Of a DNA stretch of 64,000 bases, positions 20,066 through 29,748 are shown one piece after another. The notes below the pieces were generated by a model, which did no database searches, was not told the DNA's origin, and saw only the letters and a program-made list of their open reading frames with translations. Location: the NCBI GenBank assembly GCA_963754315.1, contig CAVWFS010000013.1, positions 160,001-224,000 of the forward strand, in the 5' to 3' direction. The stretch's first letter is position 1. The number at the start of each line of letters is the position of its first letter. The stretch is from an uncultured Candidatus Rokubacteria bacterium (GTDB taxonomy: Bacteria; Methylomirabilota; Methylomirabilia; Rokubacteriales; CSP1-6). The position numbers and the translations under genes are program-made.

Positions 20066-21558
20066 TGCAAATCCTCCCTGAGAGTCTTTCGGGTCAAGGC
20101 CAGCGGATTCGCCACACGTCGCGCCCAGCCGACGTAGCCAAGAATCGCGCCGGCCGCCAGGAGCGCGCCACCAAGTACGAGCGCTGCCAGCCACGGGGCC
20201 ACATATGGCGCCAGGGCGAACACGGCCGCCACTAGAAGGACGTTGAGTCCCAGCACCGCGCATAGCGCGGCGATGGCCAGGCTCTTGACCATCGAGATGT
20301 AGGTCTGGAGATCCGCCTTGATCTCGGCCTTGACCAGCTCGACCTCCTTGCGGGCGAGCAGTGTCGCCTTACTCACGATTCCGCTCAGCAGGTCACGTGT
20401 CGGGACGCTCTGCGCGCGGATCGAGTCCCCCTGTTCGCTCTTCACCATCGATGCCTCCTCGGGCTGAGTTCTCGTTTCGTTTCCCATCGACGCCTGCGGC
20501 GTCTCGAGAAGCTGTCGCTCGCAGCGCAGCGCGCGTCCGAGCTGAAGGGCCTGCCGATAAACGATCTGCCACTCGTCATACGAGACAGGAAGCTCACGGA
20601 TGTCTTCCGCGATCTCGCCGACGCGTGTCTCCAGCCACGGTGAGGCCTTATGCGCCTGTGGATTCCGCTGGAAGGCCCGCCACACGTTCCGAATCTGTCG
20701 CTCGACGTCCTGAGCCCTCGGATCGAATGTTTGGTACGCGGGCGCATTCGAGAGCGCTTCCACCACGACGCCATGGGCCCACGCCGTGTCCTGCTCCCGC
20801 CCGCGCAAAAGAAGGCCATTCGGGTACAGCACGATTTCAAGGCGGGGACCGCGGAAGTAGGCGAGGCGCTGTGGAATGTATTCCCGAAAGCTTGGCCCAC
20901 CGAGCCAAAGCAGGACCCGTGAGGGTGCCGTCAGCCACCAAGGCGGCTCTCTTGTTGCGACCGGGAAGCCGTGGCTGTTCAGCGTGGCGGCGATCTCGGC
21001 GGCCACAACCTGATATGCCCGAGCATCGGTCACCAGCGGGACGTGCACATCCAAGCGGCGCCGGACCATCGACGCGATTCGCTGCATCGGCACAGTGACG
21101 AAGACGAGAAAGAAGGACACAGCAATGGCGATGGTTATCGGGATCCCGCGCAACAGGCGCACCACGGTTGATTCCCGGCGCTCCTCCATGCGGGGATCCG
21201 ACGGCACCCCGGTTCCCGGCAACGTGGAGCGGCGATTACCTGCACGGGCGGCCATGGCAACGCCGAGTGCGAACGGGACCAGGGCGGCCAGCAGGATCCA
21301 CACGAGACGGATCGCCCAGGACGGTACCGCCCCGGGCAGAGGAACGAAGGCCAGAACAGCTGTGGCGACTCTGGGCCACGCCACACCCAGCAGCAGGATA
21401 GGCCAGGCAGCGGCGCCGCCCACCAAAACTGACAACCAGATCTTTTCGCTAGGACTCGTCTGACCGAACAATGCCACCACCGCCCAACCGAAGAGGGCGG
21501 CGACGATCTTTCCGAGGGACCGGCTAACGAGCGCCAGGACCGCCTGGATCACTGCCAT
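20041..21558 (-). CDS. Multi-TM protein with C-terminal phage-holin-family (YqjE/DUF1469-like) domain
   Basis: GAGGAG RBS; about 4 N-terminal TMs; C-terminal LARKEVELVKAEIK...2 TMs...TRKTLREDLQWAK. Confidence 0.7.
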   Translation of the reverse strand: MAVIQAVLALVSRSLGKIVAALFGWAVVALFGQTSPSEKIWLSVLVGGAAAWPILLLGVAWPRVATAVLAFVPLPGAVPSWAIRLVWILLAALVPFALGVAMAARAGNRRSTLPGTGVPSDPRMEERRESTVVRLLRGIPITIAIAVSFFLVFVTVPMQRIASMVRRRLDVHVPLVTDARAYQVVAAEIAATLNSHGFPVATREPPWWLTAPSRVLLWLGGPSFREYIPQRLAYFRGPRLEIVLYPNGLLLRGREQDTAWAHGVVVEALSNAPAYQTFDPRAQDVERQIRNVWRAFQRNPQAHKASPWLETRVGEIAEDIRELPVSYDEWQIVYRQALQLGRALRCERQLLETPQASMGNETRTQPEEASMVKSEQGDSIRAQSVPTRDLLSGIVSKATLLARKEVELVKAEIKADLQTYISMVKSLAIAALCAVLGLNVLLVAAVFALAPYVAPWLAALVLGGALLAAGAILGYVGWARRVANPLALTRKTLREDLQWAKEHLA

Positions 21559-21709
21559 CGTCGCTCCTCAAGACCTCTCCGCTAGACCTGACATATGCCT
21601 CGACAACACCCCGCTGGGGGAGGGATCCTCGTGATCGCCGAGCGGGTCGAATTTGGGGCGATCGGTGACGAGACAGATCTCGCCACCGACGCCCGTGTAG
21701 TGGCCGGTT

Positions 21710-22303
21710 TTACAGGAGCGACTTTCGTGCCTTCTTGGCCCGCGCCGCCCCGATCGCCGTCTTGACGTCCTTCTCTTCTTCGGGCGGCGGTAGCACGGCG
21801 GGCAGCCCCAGCGAATCGATCCACAGTTCCCGGCTCCAGCCGGTCGTGTGGTACAGATGCTCGTCCTCCTGCTCCTCGACTTCCTCGTATGCCTCTTTCA
21901 AGGCCTTGCGCTGCTCGCCGGTCGCCTTCTGGCTGACCTGCTCGATGAGCTCCCAGTTCAGATGGTCCTTCGTCTCGGCCAGCACCACGCACTCGGTCGC
22001 GACGAGCTGAGCCGCCTCGGGCGGGCCAGAGTCGAGGGCCATCTCCATCGCCCTCACGAGAGATTCGCCCAGATGCCGGACGACTAACCGACCCGGTGTC
22101 TCGGTCTTCGGATCCAGATCGAATTTTTCGACGAGGTCGAGGACAATCTCGACGTGGCGTTGGGTCTGTTGGAGGTATTCCTCCCACTCGCCCCGCAGGT
22201 CATCGTTCTGAGCACATCGCAGGGCCGTCTCGTACACCCTGACGCCGCCCTGCTCGGTCTCGAGCGCTTGCAAGAGGAGTTCGGCGACTTGTTGCTTCTT
22301 CAT
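21710..22303 (-). CDS. Ferritin-like domain stress protein
   Basis: QALETEQGG..VYETAL; QTQRH; AETKDH; EQEDEHLY. Confidence 0.75.
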   Translation of the reverse strand: MKKQQVAELLLQALETEQGGVRVYETALRCAQNDDLRGEWEEYLQQTQRHVEIVLDLVEKFDLDPKTETPGRLVVRHLGESLVRAMEMALDSGPPEAAQLVATECVVLAETKDHLNWELIEQVSQKATGEQRKALKEAYEEVEEQEDEHLYHTTGWSRELWIDSLGLPAVLPPPEEEKDVKTAIGAARAKKARKSLL

Positions 22304-22347
22304 GGATGCCCCCTTTTCCGCGTCCCGTGACGCAATTGCTTAGTGAG

Positions 22348-22364
22348 AGCAAGCTAGATGCCGG
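22348..22364 (-). promoter_or_regulatory. Sigma54 promoter candidate
   Basis: Minus strand CCGGCATCTAGCTTGCT, ~45 bp upstream of the ferritin-like ATG. Confidence 0.72.
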
Positions 22365-22562
22365 TCACAATGGCACTCTGATTCGGCCAACCGGTCCGGC
22401 CTGATCTGCGGCAGGTTAGAACATTCTTCAAACGTATCCTCCGGCCGGGCGCCTCGAGGCTCTGACGCACAAGCTAAATCGGGCCCGGACGCGCCACGCT
22501 GGCACGCGGTCGCCAAGGGACTCGACCGGGCCCTGCACGCGGCCGGCGCATCCTTGTCGACC

Positions 22563-22579
22563 CTGGCACGGCGGCTGCT
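22563..22579 (+). promoter_or_regulatory. Sigma54 promoter candidate
   Basis: CTGGCACGGCGGCTGCT, ~46 bp upstream of the DUF1003 ATG. Confidence 0.72.
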
Positions 22580-22625
22580 CAACCTGCGCCTGGCAGCAAC
22601 CAACGCCCCGGGCGGGGAGGTTTAG

Positions 22626-23147
22626 ATGAGGCGGACTGAGCAGGCCGTAACTTCAACGCCGCCGATCGCCGAAAACATCCGCGCGATCTGTGCCGTCGAG
22701 CAGGCGGCGCTCGACAAGCGGAGCCCTGCCCAGCGGGTCAGCGACGCCGTCACGCGTGCGCTCGGCAGCGCCTTCTTCGGCATCCTCCATCTCGTATGGT
22801 TCGCGGCATGGATCGGGATGAACACGTATCGGCCCTTTGGCGTCACGGCCTTCGATCCGTATCCGTTCGGCCTGCTCACGATGGTCGTCTCGCTGGAGGC
22901 GATTTTTCTGACGATCATGGTCCTGATCAGCCAGAACCGGATGACCATGCAGGCTGATCGACGTGCGCATCTCGATCTGCAAGTCAATCTGCTGGCGGAG
23001 CAGGAAGCGACGGCCATGGTGCGCATGCTCGAGCGCATCACGTTGCACCTGGGCCTGCCCGTGGAGGGCGACACCGACACCCTTGCCACCAGGACTGATG
23101 TGGAGCAGCTCGTGACGGAGCTCGACGAGAAGCTGCCCGGCCAATAG
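22626..23147 (+). CDS. DUF1003 family membrane protein
   Basis: FDPYPFGLLTMVVSLEAIFLTIMVLISQNR...DLQVNLLAEQE; GGAGG RBS. Confidence 0.85.
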   Translation: MRRTEQAVTSTPPIAENIRAICAVEQAALDKRSPAQRVSDAVTRALGSAFFGILHLVWFAAWIGMNTYRPFGVTAFDPYPFGLLTMVVSLEAIFLTIMVLISQNRMTMQADRRAHLDLQVNLLAEQEATAMVRMLERITLHLGLPVEGDTDTLATRTDVEQLVTELDEKLPGQ

Positions 23148-23242
23148 CCGGCCGCCGCTGCACCGTGAGACGGCCGCCGCTGCACCGTGAGACGGCCGCG
23201 CTGCACCGTGAGCCGGCCGCTGCACCGTGAGACGGCCGCCGC
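23148..23242. repeat. Degenerate tandem repeat, ~4 units of 19-22 bp (core GCTGCACCGTGAG)
   Basis: TGCACCGTGAG starts at 23159, 23181, 23202 and 23221. Confidence 0.85.
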
Positions 23243-23406
23243 GGCGCCGTGCCGAGCGGAGCGATCAGGCAGCTCGCCGTCGGCTGGTACCAGGCGATTC
23301 TCTTGGCGCGACTCAGCCCGTGCACCTTCTGAATGCGCGGGCGGAGCTTCCGCGTAAAGCATTCAAGGATCGGCAGGGGTCAGCTCCGCAGGGCGACGCC
23401 AACTAG

Positions 23407-25366
23407 CTAGTTCGCGCGACGCAGGACGCGAGTGATGGCCCCGGTCAGATCAAGCGGATCGACCGGCTTTCCCAAGAGCAGGTCGAACCCCGCCCCTTTG
23501 ACTCGCGCGCGATTCTCGGCTGTCGCATGCGCGGTCACGGCGATGATCGGAATGTGCTTGTGGGCCAAGCCGGCCCGCAAGGCACCCAGGAGCATGAACC
23601 CGTCTTCAAAAGGCATCGCCAGGTCCGTCAAGACCACACTGGGTTGCCAAGACTCAACCACGTCGTACGCCCGAGGCGCAGACGGTGCTGTCCGCACATC
23701 GGCGCCAGCCTGACGTAGCATCACGGCCGCCAGCTCCAGAAATTCGGCATCGTCGTCGACGACAAGCACGCGCACACCGCGAAGTACCGCACCCGGCGTG
23801 CTTCGCTTCCGGAGCCTCGTGGTCAGCCTGTTCCATCGTGTCGCCGGTCGCCGGCGCCGCGAGTGGTAAGGTCACCGTAAAGGTCGCCCCCAAGTCCTTG
23901 CCCGCACTCTGCGCTCTCACCTGGCCGCCGTGGAGCTCAACCAGCTCACGCACCAGGGCGAGACCCAAACCCAGGCCGCCGTGCAGGCGCGTGCTAGAGC
24001 TGTCGCCCTGCCGGAATGGGTCGAACACGTACGGGAGAAGGTCCTGGGAAATGCCTTCACCGGTGTCGGCAACGGTCAACTCGACCGTCTGCTCCAACCG
24101 CCGCAAGGAAACCTCGACGCGTCCGCCACCCGGAGTGAACTTCACCGCATTCATCAGGAGATTCCACATGACTTGCTGCAGTCGGTCTGGCGAACCCAGA
24201 ACCAGGCCAGGACGGTCGACGGTCACGAAACTCAGGGCGAGGCCCTTGGCGTTGGCCGCCGGTCGCACGGTGTCCAAGGCGGCGTCCACCACTGTCCTGA
24301 GGTCGAGCACCCCGAAGTCAAGCCGCAATCGACCCGTGACGACCCGGGACAGATCCAGGAGATCCTCAATGAGACGTCCTTGAGCGGCGGCGTTCCGGAC
24401 GATGGCGTCGATCCCGCGCACTCGTCCCGCTTCATCGAGCTGGCTGCCCTGCAGCATACGCGCCCAGCCCAATATTGAGTTCAGCGGAGTCCGCAGCTCA
24501 TGCGACATCGTCGCCAGGAACTCATCCTTCGTTCGGTTGAGCGCTTCGGCGGCTTGGCGGGCTTCCTGTTCGCGGGCGAGCAGAGACACTCGTTCCTGCT
24601 CGATGCGTCGCCGCTCGCTGATGTCGCGCGCAATCTTCGAGGCGCCGACGATCCGCCCCGCGCCGTCCCTGATGGGGGATACCGTGATCGATACGTCGAC
24701 GAACCGGCCATCCTTGGTGATCCGGACCGTCTCGAAGTGATCCACCCGCTCGCCGCGCCGGATGCGCGCCAGCACGTCGTCTTCCTCCGCCCGCCGCTCC
24801 GCCGGAATGATCAGCGTGATGTGCTTCCCGACCGCCTCCGGCGCCGTCCACCCGAACAGACGCTCCGCCGCCGGGTTCCACGACGTGATGATCCCGTCGA
24901 GCGTCTTGCTGACGATCACGTCATCGGACCACTCGATCACCGCGGCCAGCCGCGCCTGCACGACCTCGATGCGCCGCCGCTCGCTGATGTCCCGCGCAAT
25001 CTTCGAGGCGCCGACGACCCGCCCCGCACCGTCCCTGATGGGGGACACCGTGATCGATACGTCGACGAGCCGGCCATCCTTGGTGATCCGGACCGTCTCG
25101 AAGTGATCCACCCGCTCCCCGCGCCGGATGCGCGCCAGCACGTCGTCTTCCTCCGCCCGCCGCTCCGCCGGAATGATCAGCGTGATGTGCTTCCCGATCG
25201 CCTCCGCCGCCGTCCACCCGAACAGACGCTCCGCCGCCGGGTTCCACGACGTGATGATCCCGTCGAGCGTCTTGCTGACGATCACGTCATCGGACCACTC
25301 GATCACCGCGGCCAGCCGCGCCTGCATCAGCGGATCGAGGCCCAGTTCGTTAGTACGCTCGGGCAT
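23407..25366 (-). CDS. Hybrid sensor kinase PAS-PAS-HisKA-HATPase-REC, split by an apparent frameshift near 23790
   Basis: FLATMSHELRTPL; NLLMNAVKFT; DTGEGI; GLGLGL; the other frame gives ...AVLRGVRVLVVDDDAE...LTDLAMP...KP, a typical hybrid-kinase linker plus receiver. Confidence 0.88.
24601..25326. repeat. Near-identical tandem duplication of a PAS domain, 366 bp period
   Basis: 24601-24960 matches 24967-25326; 4 amino-acid differences in ~120 residues. Confidence 0.92.
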
Positions 25367-25639
25367 TGCCGACTAGGATGCGCCGCCCGGCCATCGCGGG
25401 CGACGAACAGACGATGGTAGGGTCATGGGCATCGATACCGCTCCGAAGGTGCGCCCGAGCGGGCGCCGGCTCCAGAGGAAAGCACGTGAGCTCCTTGATT
25501 TCCATGTCGATTGGCTCATTCTCGGGCGCTTTCTCGGAGAGCCTAACGTAGGCGCATCGCAAGGGCAAGATCGGCGGCCGATCGTGCCCGGTTGCCGTCG
25601 CCGCGATTCGTGGCACCCTTTGGGCATGGCGGTGCGCCG

Positions 25640-26809
25640 ATGAGGATCGTGGTGACCGGCCTGGTTGCGAGCTTTCCCCTGGGCGGAGTGGCGTGGGACT
25701 ATCTGGCCTACGTGGACGGATTTCGCAGGCTGGGTTGCGACGTGCTCTACCTCGAGGACACGGGCCAGTGGCTCTACGACCCGACACGAGAGACGTTCAC
25801 CGACGACCCCAACCGCAATATCCGCTGGCTCGTCGACGCGCTCGACACCGTCGCCATGCCGTCCGAACGCTTCGCCGTGCGGGTTCCTGACGGCACCTTC
25901 TACGGCGCCGGCCGGCAGGCGGTCACGAGTTTCTGCCGGTCGGCCGACCTCTTCCTCAACGTCTCCGGCTCTTGCTGGCTCCGCGACGAGTACCGTGGGG
26001 CCAAATGCACCGCCTACCTCGACTCGGATCCGGGCTATACCCAGGCAAAGCTCCTGGCTCAGGAACGCGGCCAGGCGACCGACGACGAATCGTTCTCGGT
26101 GGCCCTCATCCGCCAGCACGACCGCTTCTTCACCTTCGCCGAGAACATTGGCCAGCCCGACTGCGCCATTCCGGACGGCGGCCTCTCCTGGATCCCCACG
26201 CGCCAGCCGGTCGTGCTCGAGCACTGGCCGTTTTCCTTTGACGCCGACGCCGGCCGGTTCACGACGGTGATGTCGTGGAAGACGGACGTGAGCCTGCCGA
26301 TGATCGACGGCGTCCGGTACGGGGGCAAGGACGTCGAGTTCTCGCGCTTCGTCGAGCTGCCGCGACGGACCACCATCGCGATGGAGGTCGCGATCTCCGG
26401 CGCCGCGCCGCTCGATCGCCTGCGGGCGTGCGGCTGGCGAGTGGTGAGTGCCCACGAAAAGTCGGTGACCATGGATACCTATCGGACCTATCTGCGACAG
26501 GCGAGGGGCGAGTGGAGCGCGTCCAAGAACGTCTACGTGGCGCTCAGGAGTGGCTGGTTCAGTGGCCGCAGCGCGGTATACCTCGCGCTGGGGAAGCCCG
26601 TGGTGGTTCAGGACACCGGGTGGAGCAAGTACTATCCAACCGGGGCCGGCCTGTTCGGCTTCGAGACGGCGGAGGAGGCGGTGGCGGCCCTGGAGACGGC
26701 CAATGTCGACTACCGGCGTCACTGCGATGCGGCTCGAGCCGTCGCCGAAAGCGCCTTCGCCGCCGACAAGGTGCTGGAGCGTCTGCTCGCCGACTGCGAC
26801 CTCGCGTGA
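25640..26809 (+). CDS. GT-B fold glycosyltransferase-like protein, paralog 1
   Basis: MRIVVTG..FPLGG..W; GFRRLGCDVLYLED; DSDPG; SGWFSGRSAVYLALGKPVVVQDTG; ARAVAESAF. Confidence 0.7.
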   Translation: MRIVVTGLVASFPLGGVAWDYLAYVDGFRRLGCDVLYLEDTGQWLYDPTRETFTDDPNRNIRWLVDALDTVAMPSERFAVRVPDGTFYGAGRQAVTSFCRSADLFLNVSGSCWLRDEYRGAKCTAYLDSDPGYTQAKLLAQERGQATDDESFSVALIRQHDRFFTFAENIGQPDCAIPDGGLSWIPTRQPVVLEHWPFSFDADAGRFTTVMSWKTDVSLPMIDGVRYGGKDVEFSRFVELPRRTTIAMEVAISGAAPLDRLRACGWRVVSAHEKSVTMDTYRTYLRQARGEWSASKNVYVALRSGWFSGRSAVYLALGKPVVVQDTGWSKYYPTGAGLFGFETAEEAVAALETANVDYRRHCDAARAVAESAFAADKVLERLLADCDLA

Positions 26810-27957
26810 GCCCAGTCTTCGTCGGATCCGCGTTCGTCGCCAAGTATCCGACGGGCGGGGGTAACTTCTGGGTGCCGCTCCAGTATGTGCTCGGCCTGCG
26901 GGCGCTTGGGGTGGAGGCGTACTGGCTCGAGCTGCTCTGGGCGCAGGGCAATGCCGCGCGCGCGCGCCGGTTCCTGTCCGACTTCCAGCGACACGTGGAG
27001 GCGCTCGGCGTCGCCGACTGGGTTACCGTCGTGTTCTTCCCCGACAATGAGCGTGACGACCCGCCTGGACGAGAGGAATCCTTCGGCGTCGCCGCCCAGG
27101 ATCTGTGGACCCGCGCGCGCGCCGGGCTTCTGCTCAACCTGGCCCATAGCGTTCCCGCGAGCCTGCGCGGCCGGTTTGCCCGGGCGGCCCTGTTCGACAT
27201 CGATCCTGGCCCGTTCCAGCTTTGGGCCGGCGAGAGCGATCTTGGCGTCGGCAGTCACGATGCGTATCTGACCATCGGGCAGAACCTGGGCGCACCCGAT
27301 TGCCCCGTGCCGCTCGGCGAAGTGCCCTGGCAGCGCGTGTGGCCCGCCGTCCATCTGCCCGCGTGGCCGGCGCAACCCGCGATTCAGGCCGCGCGCTACA
27401 CGACGGTGACCCAATGGTGGAGCGATGCCTGGACGGTGCTCGGCAGCGAGGTGATCGAGGGCCACAAGCGCACGAGCTTCCTTCGCGTTCTCGAGTTGCC
27501 CCGCCAGGTCCCGGTCTCGCTCGAGCTCGCCGCGAATATTCACCCCGAGGAGACCGAGGACAGGCGACTTCTCACCAGCGAAGGGTGGCATCTCGCGGAT
27601 CCCGCGCTCGTGACGGGAACGCCGGAGGCCTTTCGCCGCTACGTGCAGCAGTCACGGGGGGAGTTCGGGTGCGCCAAGCCCTCGTACGTCCGTACGCGTC
27701 CGGGATGGGTGAGCGACCGCACCGTCTGCTACCTGGCCAGCGGGCGCCCGTGCGTGGTCGAGGCCACCGGGGTCGAGGACCACCTGCCGTCCAGCGCTGG
27801 CCTGCGCTTCTTCCGCACCCTGGACGAAGCCGCGGAATGCCTCCGCGCCGTGGAGCGTGACTACGCCGCCGCCGCGCGCGCGGCTCGCGAGCTGGCGGAG
27901 GAGGTGTTCGCCGCCCGCGCGGTCCTGCCGACGATCTTGAAGGCCGCCGGCTTCTGA
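26806..27957 (+). CDS. GT-B fold glycosyltransferase-like protein, paralog 2
   Basis: GTGA overlap; YPTGGG.FW..LQY..GLRALG; DIDPG; GWVSDRTVCYLASGRPCVVEATG; ARELAEEVF. Confidence 0.7.
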   Translation: MSPVFVGSAFVAKYPTGGGNFWVPLQYVLGLRALGVEAYWLELLWAQGNAARARRFLSDFQRHVEALGVADWVTVVFFPDNERDDPPGREESFGVAAQDLWTRARAGLLLNLAHSVPASLRGRFARAALFDIDPGPFQLWAGESDLGVGSHDAYLTIGQNLGAPDCPVPLGEVPWQRVWPAVHLPAWPAQPAIQAARYTTVTQWWSDAWTVLGSEVIEGHKRTSFLRVLELPRQVPVSLELAANIHPEETEDRRLLTSEGWHLADPALVTGTPEAFRRYVQQSRGEFGCAKPSYVRTRPGWVSDRTVCYLASGRPCVVEATGVEDHLPSSAGLRFFRTLDEAAECLRAVERDYAAAARAARELAEEVFAARAVLPTILKAAGF

Positions 27958-28116
27958 CGGGGTCGTTCAGGAGGGCCAGAGCTCAAGGAGCTCTTCGATA
28001 TCACAACGGTGACCTGAGTGGAGGATTTGATGATGCGCCAACTGCTCCTCGTTCTGCTCGGCATCGCACGGCGTGGCACTTGCGAGGGGATCACCCCAGC
28101 GGCCAGAGGCGTGTCC

Positions 28117-28953
28117 ATGTTGTGCTCCGGTATTCCTCTCCTGAGCTCCGTGTTGCTGGGTATCGGTTGTGCGAGCCACTCTCTCGTACCGAAGGAGCAG
28201 GCGGTCGCCATCGAAGCTCGCGATCGAACGCTATCGTCCCACTCGGCGGCCATCCAGGAGGCCATTCGGCAATCCGGGAGTCTGGGAGCCCTGGCCTTTC
28301 TCGACCCCGCGGATGGCCACTTGGTCGTCCTGCCGGGCAATAGTCCGAGGGATGCCTGGGTGCGTCATCTCACCTCCCGCCCCGTGGGCAGCGTGACCGG
28401 TCGCGATTCGGTGCCGACGGTGGTGAGCTTCGTGTACAGGGCGGACGTCCCCAAGGCTCCCGAGACGGTAACGTCCCTTTCTCTTCAAGAACAACGCGAA
28501 GAGCGACACATGACCGAGGGGCTGCGGACGTCCCTCACCGCTCTCGAAACCGAACTCCGCGACGAGCAACGACGCACCGAGGAGAAACTTGGCACCGTGC
28601 TGCACGTTCAGCGTCAGCTCTCCGATTCGATGACGGCGACAAGGCAGGAACAGGAGTCGCTGACCACGGCCAGGGAGGCCATGCAGAAGACATTGAGCTC
28701 AGTCGCCGAGGATCTGGCGGCGGCCCGGAAGTTCATGCTGCAGACGGCGAAATTGGGGTGGCTGAACCATGAGCTGAGTGTCGAGAATGCCAATGATGTG
28801 CGAAAGGTCGCCACCGCGAGCCAGGAGTTGACCGCGAATTCCGCACGACTGGCCGAGGCCATGCGCCAGCTCTCGGACAGTCTGGCCAGCCAGCTCAAGG
28901 AGCTTGCTGATCGGCTCGACAGTATCCAGACGCGCCTTGGCAAAATCCAGTAG
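28117..28953 (+). CDS. Hypothetical lipoprotein with coiled-coil C-terminus
   Basis: MLCSGIPLLSSVLLGIGC lipobox; heptad-rich C-terminal half; GG-N10-GC (ACGGCGTGGCACTTGCG, 28068-28084) upstream. Confidence 0.55.
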   Translation: MLCSGIPLLSSVLLGIGCASHSLVPKEQAVAIEARDRTLSSHSAAIQEAIRQSGSLGALAFLDPADGHLVVLPGNSPRDAWVRHLTSRPVGSVTGRDSVPTVVSFVYRADVPKAPETVTSLSLQEQREERHMTEGLRTSLTALETELRDEQRRTEEKLGTVLHVQRQLSDSMTATRQEQESLTTAREAMQKTLSSVAEDLAAARKFMLQTAKLGWLNHELSVENANDVRKVATASQELTANSARLAEAMRQLSDSLASQLKELADRLDSIQTRLGKIQ

Positions 28954-28960
28954 GCGAGCG

Positions 28961-29650
28961 ATGCCACGCCGTCCGAACGACAGGCCGATATCTGCTGATC
29001 GTGATGCCGTTCCTGCTCATAACCTTGGTGGCCGCAGCCGGGCTGGGCAGAACGCCCGCTATCGGCGGACGAAGAGGCGCGCGTCAGACGAGAGTGGGAG
29101 AAGGTCCGCCAGAACTACGAGAGAGTGCTCAGGGGTCATGAACGGCGGCTCGCCGAAATCGACGCCAAGGAGGGCGGGCGCGTCGGCCGACCCGGAGGTA
29201 CGCGCGGAGAAGATCACGCGAGAGCGCGCCGCCGGAGCCATGGCCTCCCGAAAGGGTGACCCGGGCAGCATGGTGGCACGGATGGCCGCCAAGACCACTC
29301 CCCCTGTGACGGCGTGGCGTGAGATTGACCAGGCACAGGACGAGTATGTGGAGCGGGTCATTGCCGAGTGGAACGGGGAACGAAAGGCGCTTCAAGAAGC
29401 GAAGGCGGTGCTGCAGAAGAATGCCGAGCTGATCAGTGCCCATCTGAGCCGCCGTGACCGAGGCCGCGGCAGCGATGTCAATGCGCGTGCGCCAGTCTGG
29501 TGCGCTGGAGAAAGCGGCGCAGACCGACGCCGCCGCCAGGGGGGCGGGGAGCGGCTCAGCGCGAGATGGGAGCGCGAGCGCGCGGTGCGGGAACGGGAGC
29601 GCGCCCAGAGAGAGCGAGAAGCAAGCGAGCGCGCCCGTGGACGACCGTAG
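28961..29650 (+). pseudogene. Putative secreted coiled-coil protein interrupted by several frameshifts
   Basis: Successive frames give RYLLIVMPFLLITLVAAAGLG (signal/TM), ADEEARVRREWEKVRQNYERVL, and ASADPEVRAEKITRER...WREIDQAQDEYVERV. Confidence 0.4.
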
Positions 29651-29748
29651 CCAGCGCGCGGGCGGCCGAGAAATCCTGAGGGGACAGCGGCACCGGCGGC
29701 CAGCGGCTCACCAGCAGAATGGTGAGGAGGCACAGGGAGAGCCGAGCC

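Noticed and set aside
20041..20448. Phage holin as evidence of a prophage
   Set aside because: This is a YqjE/DUF1469-type cellular membrane family in a stress context; no capsid, terminase, endolysin or integrase is present.
10763..22303. Ferritin-like proteins as encapsulin cargo
   Set aside because: No encapsulin shell gene in the window and no recognisable C-terminal targeting peptide.
23148..23242. Short repeats as a CRISPR array
   Set aside because: The units are contiguous, with no unique spacers, and no cas genes are nearby.
23407..23775. Separate single-domain response regulator
   Set aside because: The upstream frame reads AVLRGVRVLVVDDD, a hybrid-kinase linker, and no RBS is evident; better explained as a frameshifted fusion.
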